DNA of 13,808 nucleotides, taken from a virus. Below, piece by piece: positions 1 to 7,743 of the stretch (position 1 is its first letter; the number at the start of each line of letters is the position of its first letter). Where the stretch lies: UHGV virus genome UHGV-0313909, one strand, 5' to 3'. The translations under genes were made by a program, and so were the position numbers. The notes beneath the pieces are model-generated. The model searched no databases. It had not been told where the DNA came from and saw only the letters and a program-made list of their open reading frames with translations.

Positions 1-192
1 TTAGTTAATCAGGCCAACGAATACATGAACAGTAAACAATGGCCTGGTAAAGCGGCGATTGGTCGTCTGAAAGGTGAGGAACTGGCGCAATATAATTTGT
101 GGCTGGATTATCTGGACGCACTGGAACTGGTCGATACTTCCAGTGCGCCAGATATTGAATGGCCTACGCCTCCGGCAGTTCAGGCCAGATGA
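1..192 (+). CDS. tfa: Tail fibre assembly protein (Tfa), C-terminal 63 codons; 5' end lies left of the window
   Basis: Frame 1 of + strand is open from nt 1 to TGA at 190-192 and translates to LVNQANEYMNSKQWPGKAAIGRLKGEELAQYNLWLDYLDALELVDTSSAPDIEWPTPPAVQAR. Its C-terminus parallels that of the complete minus-strand Tfa at 164-766 (LDYIDAV..TDTSTAPDVIWPELPEA). Absent from the supplied ORF track because it has no in-window start of sufficient length. Confidence 0.6.
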   Translation, partial: LVNQANEYMNSKQWPGKAAIGRLKGEELAQYNLWLDYLDALELVDTSSAPDIEWPTPPAVQAR

Positions 193-766
193 CATCCGGC
201 GCGGTGCTGGTATCTGTTGCCGTCACCGCGTCAATGTAATCCAGCACAGCGTTAAGTCTGGTTGTTTCTGCCTGCGTCGGTTTACGTCCGGCCTGCAATT
301 TCAGTTGAATCAGACTGATGGAAGCCATTGCTGCATCAATCAGTGACTGGCGCTGTGCTTCTGCCGCTTCTACTGCGGCACCGTATTGTGCCTCAGTATC
401 TGTCACCCATTTTTCACCATCCCATTTATCGTATGGCGTTAACGGGGCGATAGTGGTTGTATTTTCGGGATAGTCGCCTAGTGCTGTGATTTCTTTGGCA
501 TCTCCCGTTTCGGTGTTATAGACTATTTCACCTCGATGGTCTGACACATATTCCCATGATTTTAAATCCACAGAACGGAAAATTGTATAACCAGCCTTAT
601 ATGTACCAGGAGCGTCTAAACAGGAATATGCAGGGATACCGACACCAATGGCAAGATATTCATTTGAAGTGGAAATATATTCCCGTGTTTCGCCATCATA
701 GTTATAGACGGTAATATTTCCCGCCTTTGTAGCAATAAACTCGCTATTTAATACAGCGTTATCCAT
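164..766 (-). CDS. tfa: Tail fibre assembly protein, alternate copy in inverted orientation (Tfa')
   Basis: 200-aa ORF; ATG at 766-764 overlaps the stop of the upstream fibre segment (TAATG on minus strand, translational coupling). MDNAVLNSEFIATKAGNITVYNYDGETREY...DVIWPELPEA is recognised from memory as the phage tail fibre assembly chaperone family (Mu U/U', P2 G, e14 TfaE-like). Confidence 0.8.
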   Translation of the reverse strand: MDNAVLNSEFIATKAGNITVYNYDGETREYISTSNEYLAIGVGIPAYSCLDAPGTYKAGYTIFRSVDLKSWEYVSDHRGEIVYNTETGDAKEITALGDYPENTTTIAPLTPYDKWDGEKWVTDTEAQYGAAVEAAEAQRQSLIDAAMASISLIQLKLQAGRKPTQAETTRLNAVLDYIDAVTATDTSTAPDVIWPELPEA

Positions 767-1266
767 TATGCAGCCCTCACGATATAGTTAAATGCAATAT
801 TCCGTGGGCGAGTATCGGCAGGAACGACATACATTTCACCAATTGCCCGCTCATTAGAGTTGTTCAGCAATAGGCTTGAGCCATTACTGTCATGACCCGT
901 AATTAAGATATCATTGGACAAAATAAGTGAGCCCGTACCTGCAGGAATACCATAAATTCCCATATCAAATTTAATGTAACCAACACGCGCGCTCTGTGCA
1001 GACATAACGCTGCGACCAGTATCTACTGAACGACCGTCATCCCAGCCACGAATAAACTCACCGCGTAAATCAGGCAATTTATTTGTCGGGTAGGCCTTTG
1101 CCAGTTCCGGGTATTCTTCAGCAGAAAAAGCCGCACCATTGCATTTCAGCCAGCCTGTTGGCGGAGTGGCTGAAGGCCACGGAACAGGCACACCAACGGG
1201 TAATGCCGAACCTTCTCCCAAACCAACGTTTAAGAAAATGCAGAGGTAACAGCTAACTGGCATCAT
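766..1266 (-). CDS. Tail fibre C-terminal variable segment, alternate (Sv'-like); silent in this orientation
   Basis: ORF with tail-fibre C-terminal character (PTGWLKCNGAAFSAEEYPELAKAYP, Gly/Ser/Asn-rich distal part), directly followed by tfa'. The crossover site at 1213-1238 lies in its 5' end. GGAG abuts the ATG with no spacer, so independent translation is unlikely; expression is expected only after inversion fuses it to the constant 5' part of the fibre gene outside the window. Confidence 0.7.
   Translation of the reverse strand: MMPVSCYLCIFLNVGLGEGSALPVGVPVPWPSATPPTGWLKCNGAAFSAEEYPELAKAYPTNKLPDLRGEFIRGWDDGRSVDTGRSVMSAQSARVGYIKFDMGIYGIPAGTGSLILSNDILITGHDSNGSSLLLNNSNERAIGEMYVVPADTRPRNIAFNYIVRAA
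1213..1238. other. Invertase crossover site (hix/gix/cix/pix-like), right boundary of invertible segment
   Basis: TTCTCCCAAACC-AA-CGTTTAAGAAAA has the 12-2-12 architecture and AAACC/GGTTT-type half-sites of Hin/Gin recombination sites (compare hixL TTCTTGAAAACCAAGGTTTTTGATAA, from memory). It lies 55 bp upstream of the invertase ATG and inside the 5' end of the alternate fibre segment, as gixR does relative to gin in Mu. Confidence 0.55.
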
Positions 1267-1293
1267 CTCCGGTTTTTATTCAGGGGGATGATC

Positions 1294-1860
1294 ATGCTTA
1301 TTGGCTATGTACGCGTGTCAACAAATGACCAGAACACCGATTTGCAACGTAATGCACTGAACTGCGCGGGATGTGAGCGGATTTTTGAGGACAAAATCAG
1401 TGGCACTAAGTCCGACAGACCGGGGCTGAAAAAACTACTCAGGACACTATCGGCAGGAGACACGCTGGTTGTCTGGAAGCTGGACAGGTTGGGGCGCAGT
1501 ATGCGGCATCTTGTTACGCTGATAGAAGAGTTGCGCCAGCGTGGTGTGAATTTCAGAAGCCTGACTGACAGTATTGATACCAGTACCCCAATGGGCCGTT
1601 TCTTTTTTCATGTCATGGGTGCCCTGGCTGAAATGGAACGCGAACTGATAGTTGAACGTACCAGGGCAGGGCTGGCTGCAGCTCGTGCCAAAGGCAGAGT
1701 AGGTGGATGCCGTCCTAAGTTGACCACCGAACAGTGGGCACAGATTGGGCGTTTACTCGAGGCCGGAGAATCAAGACAGCGTATTGCACTGATTTTTGAT
1801 GTAGGCGTTTCTACCATTTATAGAAAATTTCCGGCAAATAAGATCAATGAATCCCCCTGA
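1294..1860 (+). CDS. Site-specific DNA invertase, serine recombinase (Gin/Hin/Cin/Pin family)
   Basis: MLIGYVRVSTNDQNTDLQRNAL...DTLVVWKLDRLGRS...FRSLTDSIDTSTPMGRFFFHVMGALAEMERELIVERT... is the canonical resolvase/invertase catalytic domain with the active-site Ser in YVRVST and a C-terminal HTH (GVSTIYRKF). Start placed at the ATG of MLIGY (1294) because GGGGG at 1284-1288 gives correct SD spacing; the track's start at 1288 is 6 nt upstream. Confidence 0.9.
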   Translation: MLIGYVRVSTNDQNTDLQRNALNCAGCERIFEDKISGTKSDRPGLKKLLRTLSAGDTLVVWKLDRLGRSMRHLVTLIEELRQRGVNFRSLTDSIDTSTPMGRFFFHVMGALAEMERELIVERTRAGLAAARAKGRVGGCRPKLTTEQWAQIGRLLEAGESRQRIALIFDVGVSTIYRKFPANKINESP

Positions 1861-1908
1861 ATCAGCATTATGTTGATTATCCCTGCAAGCAGACAAATAC
1901 CGTTATTT

Positions 1909-1926
1909 TGTGTGAATAACGACACA
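1909..1926 (+). promoter_or_regulatory. Candidate Ogr/Delta-type late-promoter activator site (TGT-N12-ACA) for the FI operon
   Basis: TGT(1909-1911)-gtgaataacgac-ACA(1924-1926) is an exact match to the P2-family late promoter dyad. Its centre is about 85 bp upstream of the FI ATG, consistent with a site centred near -55 and a short leader. Confidence 0.45.
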
Positions 1927-2002
1927 ACTGCGCTTAGCTGTTTGTCAGGCACAATCACTTCAACATAGGGCGAAGCCTAATCCAATCAGGAGGTTCGCCA
2001 CT

Positions 2003-3175
2003 ATGGCTCAGGATTACCACCACGGGGTGCGCGTTGTTGAAGTCAACGAAGGCACCCGATCTATTACCACGGTGAGCACCGCCATCGTGGGTATGGTCTG
2101 CACGGGCGATGATGCCGATGCAAAAATGTTTCCTCTTAATAAACCCGTGCTGATCACTGATGTGCTGACTGCCAGCGGTAAAGCGGGTGAGTCCGGTACT
2201 CTGGCCCGTTCGCTGGATGCCATCGCTGACCAGGCAAAACCCGTGACCATTGTTGTGCGTGTGCCGCAGGGTGAAACGGAAGACGAAACCACGACCAATA
2301 TCATCGGCGCAGTGACTGCTGAAGGTAAAAAAACAGGTATGAAAGCCCTGTTATCTGCCCAGTCACAGCTCGGCGTTAAACCGCGCATTCTCGGCGTGCC
2401 AGGCCACGACACCAAGGCGGTAGCTACTGAGTTGCTGAGCGTGGCGCAAAGCCTGCGTGGATTTGCTTACCTGTCAGCGTATGGCTGCAAGACAGTGCAG
2501 GAGGCGATCACTTACCGCGAAAACTTCAGCCAGCGCGAAGGGATGCTGATCTGGCCTGACTTTACTGGCTGGGACACGGTGCTGAATGCCGAAGCAACGG
2601 CATATGCCACCGCCCGTGCGCTTGGTCTGCGCGCCAAAATTGACGAGCAGACCGGATGGCACAAAAGCCTGTCCAATGTGGGCGTGAACGGTGTCACCGG
2701 AATTTCTGCAGATGTGTTCTGGGATCTGCAGGACCCGGCAACCGATGCAGGTCTGCTGAACCAGAACGACGTCACCACGCTTGTGCGTAAAGACGGTTTC
2801 CGCTTCTGGGGGTCCCGCTGCCTGAGTGATGACCCGCTCTTTGCCTTCGAAAACTACACCCGCACGGCGCAGGTGCTGACGGACACGATGGCAGAAGCAC
2901 ACATGTGGGCGGTGGACAAACCGCTTAACCCGTCGCTGGCCCGCGACATTATCGAAGGTATCCGCGCCAAAATGCGCAGCCTGGTCAGTCAGGGCTATCT
3001 CATTGGTGGTGATTGCTGGCTGGATGAGTCGGTGAACGACAAAGACACGCTGAAAGCCGGAAAACTCACCATCGACTACGACTACACGCCAGTGCCGCCA
3101 CTTGAAAACCTGATGCTGCGTCAGCGCATCACCGATCAGTACCTGGTGAATTTCGCCAGCCAGGTCAGCGCGTAA
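2003..3175 (+). CDS. FI: Contractile tail sheath protein (P2 gpFI family)
   Basis: 390-aa ORF with AGGAGG SD at 1988-1993; position and size match P2 FI; followed 10 nt later by the tube gene. Confidence 0.88.
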   Translation: MAQDYHHGVRVVEVNEGTRSITTVSTAIVGMVCTGDDADAKMFPLNKPVLITDVLTASGKAGESGTLARSLDAIADQAKPVTIVVRVPQGETEDETTTNIIGAVTAEGKKTGMKALLSAQSQLGVKPRILGVPGHDTKAVATELLSVAQSLRGFAYLSAYGCKTVQEAITYRENFSQREGMLIWPDFTGWDTVLNAEATAYATARALGLRAKIDEQTGWHKSLSNVGVNGVTGISADVFWDLQDPATDAGLLNQNDVTTLVRKDGFRFWGSRCLSDDPLFAFENYTRTAQVLTDTMAEAHMWAVDKPLNPSLARDIIEGIRAKMRSLVSQGYLIGGDCWLDESVNDKDTLKAGKLTIDYDYTPVPPLENLMLRQRITDQYLVNFASQVSA

Positions 3176-3184
3176 GGGGACAAC

Positions 3185-3700
3185 ATGGCTTTACCACGCA
3201 AATTAAAACACCTGAACCTGTTTAACGACGGGAACAACTGGCAGGGGATCGTTGAGTCGCTGACGCTGCCGAAATTTACCCGCAAATATGAGAAGTATCG
3301 CGGCGGCGGAATGCCGGGTGCGGTGGATGTGGATCTGGGGCTTGATGACAGTGCGCTGGACACAGAATTTTCCATTGGTGGTACTGAATTGCTGCTGTTT
3401 AAACAGATGGGTAAAGCCACGGTGGATGGCATCCAGCTGCGCTTTACAGGCTCTATTCAGCGTGACGATACCGGGGAAGTGCAGGCCGTGGAGCTTGTCG
3501 TGCGTGGACGTCACAAAGAAGTGGATTCCGGCGAGTGGAAGACGGGCGAAAGCAACACCACCAAAGTGACCAGTACCAACAGCTACGCGAAGCTGACCAT
3601 CAATGGTGAGGTGCTCTATGAAGTGGACCTTATCAACATGGTGGAAATTGTGGACGGTGTGGACCTGATGGAAGCGCACCGCAACGCCCTCGGCCTCTGA
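3185..3700 (+). CDS. FII: Tail tube protein (P2 gpFII family)
   Basis: 171-aa ORF immediately after the sheath gene with AAGGGGA SD; size and order match P2 FII. Confidence 0.88.
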   Translation: MALPRKLKHLNLFNDGNNWQGIVESLTLPKFTRKYEKYRGGGMPGAVDVDLGLDDSALDTEFSIGGTELLLFKQMGKATVDGIQLRFTGSIQRDDTGEVQAVELVVRGRHKEVDSGEWKTGESNTTKVTSTNSYAKLTINGEVLYEVDLINMVEIVDGVDLMEAHRNALGL

Positions 3701-3754
3701 TATATCTGAACGGCGCGGGATACCGCGCCAGAACCCAATTGACAGGACAGCAAA

Positions 3755-4057
3755 ATGAGCGATAAGCAGACTGAAAAGACCATTCAACTGGATACCCCCA
3801 TCAAGCGCGGTAAAACAGAAATCACCGAAATTGTGCTGCGTAAACCGCAGTCCGGTGCGCTGCGCGGTACACGCCTGCAGGCCATTATGGATATGGATGT
3901 AAACGCGATGATGACCGTGATCCCCCGCATCTCCAGTCCGGCACTGACTGCACAGGAAATTGCAGAGATGGATCCGGCAGATCTCACTGCCATGTCGGTT
4001 GAGGTTGTCACTTTTTTGTTGAAGAAGTCGGTGCTTGCCGGTTTACCGACAGCCTGA
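3755..4057 (+). CDS. E: Tail assembly chaperone E (zero-frame product)
   Basis: 100-aa ORF between tube and tape measure genes; contains slippery heptamer T_TTT_TTG at 4012-4018 near its 3' end, as in P2 gene E. Confidence 0.8.
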   Translation: MSDKQTEKTIQLDTPIKRGKTEITEIVLRKPQSGALRGTRLQAIMDMDVNAMMTVIPRISSPALTAQEIAEMDPADLTAMSVEVVTFLLKKSVLAGLPTA

Positions 4058-4191
4058 CGGTTGACGATCTGGTGGCAGATATCGCCACCATTTTTCACTG
4101 GCCGCCATCCGTTACTGACGTTATGCCGCTGACCGAAGTGCTGGAATGGCGGTATAAAGCGATTCAGAGAAGCGGGGCCAACGATGAGTGA
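3755..4191 (+). CDS. E': Tail assembly chaperone E+E', produced by programmed -1 ribosomal frameshift at 4012-4018
   Basis: After a -1 slip on TTTTTTG the -1 frame stays open for 57 codons (VEEVGACRFTDSLTVDDLVADIATIFHWPPSVTDVMPLTEVLEWRYKAIQRSGANDE) and stops at TGA 4189-4191, overlapping the T start (ATG 4184). This is the conserved chaperone frameshift immediately upstream of tape measure genes. Confidence 0.6.
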
Positions 4192-7100
4192 TAACAACCT
4201 GCGTCTGCAGGTCATTCTTAATGCGGTTGACAAGCTCACCCGCCCATTTCGATCTGCGCAGGCCAGTTCAAGAGAACTGGCTGCTGCTGTCAAAAAATCC
4301 CGCGATGCAATAAAGCAGCTTGATCAGGCCGGGAGCAGTCTGGACAGCTTCCGAAAGCTGCAGGCAGAAAATCAGAAATTAGGCGACAGGCTGAACTATG
4401 CCCGCCAGCGTGCAAATTTGCTCAGTCAGGAACTGGGAGCGATGGGGCCGCCTTCGCAACGTCAGGTTGTTGCTTTGGGCCGTCAACGGCTGGCTGTTCA
4501 GCGCCTGGAAGAACGCCAGAAAAAGCTGCAGCAGCAGACGGCGCTTGTGCGTGCTGAACTGTACCGGGCGGGAATTTCTGCGAAAGACGATGCGGGAGCA
4601 ACTGCCCGTTTAGCCCGTGAAACATCACGTTATAACCAGGAACTTTCGAAACAGGAGGCGCGGCTGAAGCGACTGGGGGAAGCTCAGCGCAGGATGAATG
4701 CAGCGCGTGCCAGTTATGCCCGTTCGCTGGAGGTGCGTGATCGTATTGCAGGTGCCGGAGCCACCACCACGGCTGCAGGGCTGGCAATGGGCGCACCAGT
4801 GATGGCGGCAGTAAAAAGCTATACCAGCATGGAAGATGCCATGAAAGGTGTGGCAAAGCAGGTCAATGGCCTGCGTGACGATAATGGCAACCGCACTGCA
4901 CGTTTTTATGAAATGCAGGATGCCATCAAGGCTGCCAGCGAACAGTTGCCGATGGAAAACGGTGCGGTGGACTTCGCTGCACTGGTTGAAGGTGGGGCGC
5001 GCATGAACGTCGCAAACCCTGACGACAGCTGGGAAGACCAGAAACGTGACCTGCTGGCCTTCGCCAGTACGGCAGCAAAGGCGGCAACAGCCTTTGAGCT
5101 GCCAGCGGATGAACTGTCAGAAAGTCTGGGGAAAATCGCCCAGCTCTACAAAATACCTACCCGCAATATTGAACAGCTCGGCGATGCGCTGAACTATCTG
5201 GATGATAACGCCATGTCGAAAGGGGCGGACATCATTGATGTGATGCAACGTCTGGGCGGTGTGGCTGACCGTCTGGATTATCGTAAAGCGGCGGCGCTGG
5301 GTTCCACCTTCCTGACACTGGGCGCTGCGCCGGAGGTTGCAGCCAGTGCAGCAAACGCGATGGTGCGTGAATTGTCCATTGCCACCATGCAAAGCAAGAG
5401 TTTCTTTGAAGGAATGAATCTGCTGAAACTCAATCCTGAAGTGATTGAAAAGCAGATGACGAAGGATGCGATGGGAACTATCCAGCGCGTACTGGAGAAG
5501 GTGAACGCACTGCCGCAGGATAAACGTCTGTCTGCCATGACCATGTTGTTTGGTAAAGAGTTTGGCGATGACGCGGCGAAACTGGCAAACAACCTGCCGG
5601 AACTGCAGCGCCAGCTAAAACTGACAGCGGGCAATGATGCGCTCGGCTCCATGCAGAAAGAATCCGACATTAACAAGGACTCACTTTCTGCGCAGTGGTT
5701 GCTGGTCAAAACCGGAGCGCAGAACACCTTCAGCAGCCTGGGCGAAACGCTGCGCCAGCCGCTGATGGATATTCTGTACACGGTGAAAAACATCACGGGG
5801 GCGTTGCGCCGCTGGGTGGAAGCTAACCCGGAACTGACAGGCACACTGATGAAAGTAGCCGCTGTGGTGGCTGCGGTTACCGTAGGCCTCGGCACCTTAG
5901 CGGTGGCGCTGGCTGCAGTGCTGGGGCCGCTGGCAGTGATCCGTCTGGGATTCTCTGTGCTGGGTATCAAAACGTTACCTTCCGTTACGGCAGCAGTAAC
6001 TCGAACCAGCAGCGCGTTGTCCTGGCTGGCTGGCGCACCACTGGCACTGCTGCGACGCGGGCTTGCTTCATCGGGCAACGCCGCAGGTTTACTTACTGCG
6101 CCGTTGTCGTCTTTGCGCCGCACGGCATCACTGACGGGAAATGTCCTGAAAACTGTAGCAGGTGCGCCGGTTGCACTTTTGCGGTCTGGATTATCCGGTT
6201 TACGTGCTGTTGCTGTGATGTTTATGAATCCTTTGGCGGTACTGCGCGGTGGACTGGTCGCCGCAGGCACGGTGCTGCGAGTACTGGCATCTGGTCCACT
6301 GGCGATGCTGCGCGTTGCCCTGTATGCCGTATCTGGTCTGTTAGGTGCTCTGCTCAGTCCGATAGGTCTTGTGGTTACTGCACTGGCGGGCGTGGCGCTG
6401 GTTGTCTGGAAATACTGGCAACCCATCACCGCATTTCTTGGTGGCGTGGTGGAAGGATTCAAAGCGGCGGCAGGTCCCGTCAGTGCAGCATTCGAACCGC
6501 TTAAGCCCGTGTTCCAGTGGATTGGCGACAAAGTACAGGCGCTGTGGGGCTGGTTTACTGATCTGCTGACGCCCGTTAAGTCGACCTCTGCCGAACTGCA
6601 GAGTGCAGCGGCAATGGGGCGGCGATTCGGAGAGGCACTGGCGGAAGGGCTGAATATGGTCATGCATCCGCTGGACTCCCTGAAATCCGGCGTTTCCTGG
6701 TTGCTGGAGAAACTTGGCATTGTCAGTAAAGAGGCCGCAAAGGCAAAACTGCCGGAAAGCGTGACGCGTCAGCAACCTGCGACGGTGAATGCAGACGGTA
6801 AAGTGATGATGCCATCGGGTGGTTTTCCGTCATGGGGATATGGTTTTGCGGGGATGTATGACAGCGGCGGGTATATCCCGCGCGGGCAGTTTGGCATCGT
6901 CGGTGAAAACGGGCCGGAAATTGTTAACGGCCCGGCAAATGTAACCAGCCGGAGAAATACAGCTGCACTGGCTGCCGTTGTCGCCGGAATGATGGGCGTT
7001 GCTGCCGCGCCAGCAGAGCTTCCACCGTTGCACCCTTTGGCACTTCCCGCGAAAGGCGGTGAAGCGATGGTGAGTCGCGCAGCCACTGTGCCGCTCGTTC

Positions 7101-7261
7101 AACAGATTGAGGCACCGACGCAGATCATCATTCAGACGCAGCCAGGACAAAGTGCGCAGGATATTGCGCGGGAGGTGGCACGCCAGCTTGATGAACGTGA
7201 ACGCAGGCTGAAGGCAAAAGCCAGGAGTAACTACAGCGATCAGGGGGGATACGACGCATGA
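4184..7261 (+). CDS. T: Tail tape measure protein (P2 gpT family)
   Basis: 1025-aa ORF; coiled-coil-like N-terminal part, central hydrophobic block (VAAVVAAVTVGLGTLAVALAAVLGPLAVI), repeated xPLAxLRxGL motifs, Gly-rich C-terminal region; position after E/E'. Confidence 0.9.
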   Translation: MSDNNLRLQVILNAVDKLTRPFRSAQASSRELAAAVKKSRDAIKQLDQAGSSLDSFRKLQAENQKLGDRLNYARQRANLLSQELGAMGPPSQRQVVALGRQRLAVQRLEERQKKLQQQTALVRAELYRAGISAKDDAGATARLARETSRYNQELSKQEARLKRLGEAQRRMNAARASYARSLEVRDRIAGAGATTTAAGLAMGAPVMAAVKSYTSMEDAMKGVAKQVNGLRDDNGNRTARFYEMQDAIKAASEQLPMENGAVDFAALVEGGARMNVANPDDSWEDQKRDLLAFASTAAKAATAFELPADELSESLGKIAQLYKIPTRNIEQLGDALNYLDDNAMSKGADIIDVMQRLGGVADRLDYRKAAALGSTFLTLGAAPEVAASAANAMVRELSIATMQSKSFFEGMNLLKLNPEVIEKQMTKDAMGTIQRVLEKVNALPQDKRLSAMTMLFGKEFGDDAAKLANNLPELQRQLKLTAGNDALGSMQKESDINKDSLSAQWLLVKTGAQNTFSSLGETLRQPLMDILYTVKNITGALRRWVEANPELTGTLMKVAAVVAAVTVGLGTLAVALAAVLGPLAVIRLGFSVLGIKTLPSVTAAVTRTSSALSWLAGAPLALLRRGLASSGNAAGLLTAPLSSLRRTASLTGNVLKTVAGAPVALLRSGLSGLRAVAVMFMNPLAVLRGGLVAAGTVLRVLASGPLAMLRVALYAVSGLLGALLSPIGLVVTALAGVALVVWKYWQPITAFLGGVVEGFKAAAGPVSAAFEPLKPVFQWIGDKVQALWGWFTDLLTPVKSTSAELQSAAAMGRRFGEALAEGLNMVMHPLDSLKSGVSWLLEKLGIVSKEAAKAKLPESVTRQQPATVNADGKVMMPSGGFPSWGYGFAGMYDSGGYIPRGQFGIVGENGPEIVNGPANVTSRRNTAALAAVVAGMMGVAAAPAELPPLHPLALPAKGGEAMVSRAATVPLVQQIEAPTQIIIQTQPGQSAQDIAREVARQLDERERRLKAKARSNYSDQGGYDA

Positions 7262-7743
7262 TGATGGTGCTGGGATTGTACGTGTTTATGCTGCGCACCG
7301 TTCCGTATGAGGAACTGCAGTATCAACGCAGCTGGCGACATGCGGCAAACAGCCGGGTTAACCGACGCCCGTCAACGCAGTTTCTGGGACCGGATAACGA
7401 CATGCTGACGCTTTCTGGCGTTCTTATGCCGGAGATAACAGGCGGCAGGCTGTCGTTGCTGGCACTGGAGCAGATGGCAGAACAGGGGAAAGCATGGCCC
7501 CTGATTGAAGGCAGCGGCACGATTTACGGCATGTATGTGATTGAGGGACTGAATCAGACTAAAACGGAGTTTTTCCGCGACGGTATGCCGCGCCGGATTG
7601 AGTTCACCCTGTCGCTCAAACGAGTGGATGAATCCCTGTCCGATATGTTCGGTGATCTCAGTGCGCAACTGAATAATCTGCAGGAAACGGCAACATCTGC
7701 TTTAAGCGATATCAGTAAAACGGTGGGAGGGCTGCTGTCGTGA
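7258..7743 (+). CDS. U: Tail protein U (P2 gpU family)
   Basis: 161-aa ORF whose ATG overlaps the T stop (ATGA); order T-U-D as in P2/186. Confidence 0.8.
   Translation: MMMVLGLYVFMLRTVPYEELQYQRSWRHAANSRVNRRPSTQFLGPDNDMLTLSGVLMPEITGGRLSLLALEQMAEQGKAWPLIEGSGTIYGMYVIEGLNQTKTEFFRDGMPRRIEFTLSLKRVDESLSDMFGDLSAQLNNLQETATSALSDISKTVGGLLS

Noticed and set aside
1-195. 64-aa minus-strand ORF at the left edge
   Set aside because: The + strand frame over the same bases encodes a recognisable Tfa C-terminus paralleling the downstream Tfa'; the minus ORF is Arg/Cys-rich and looks like noise.
2014-4856. Various ORFs overlapping or antisense to the tail genes (2014-2415, 2474-2902, 2512-2778, 3136-3432, 3203-3787, 3288-3569, 3784-4293, 4398-4613, 4422-4856)
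   Set aside because: All lie within confidently assigned tail genes on the other strand or frame and have low-complexity, Arg/Cys/Ser-rich translations.
5278-6720. 480-aa minus-strand ORF inside the tape measure gene
   Set aside because: Lies antisense to a strongly supported 1025-aa gene; Ser/Ala/Thr/Pro/Arg-rich composition is typical of the antisense frame of GC-rich coding DNA; no plausible RBS.
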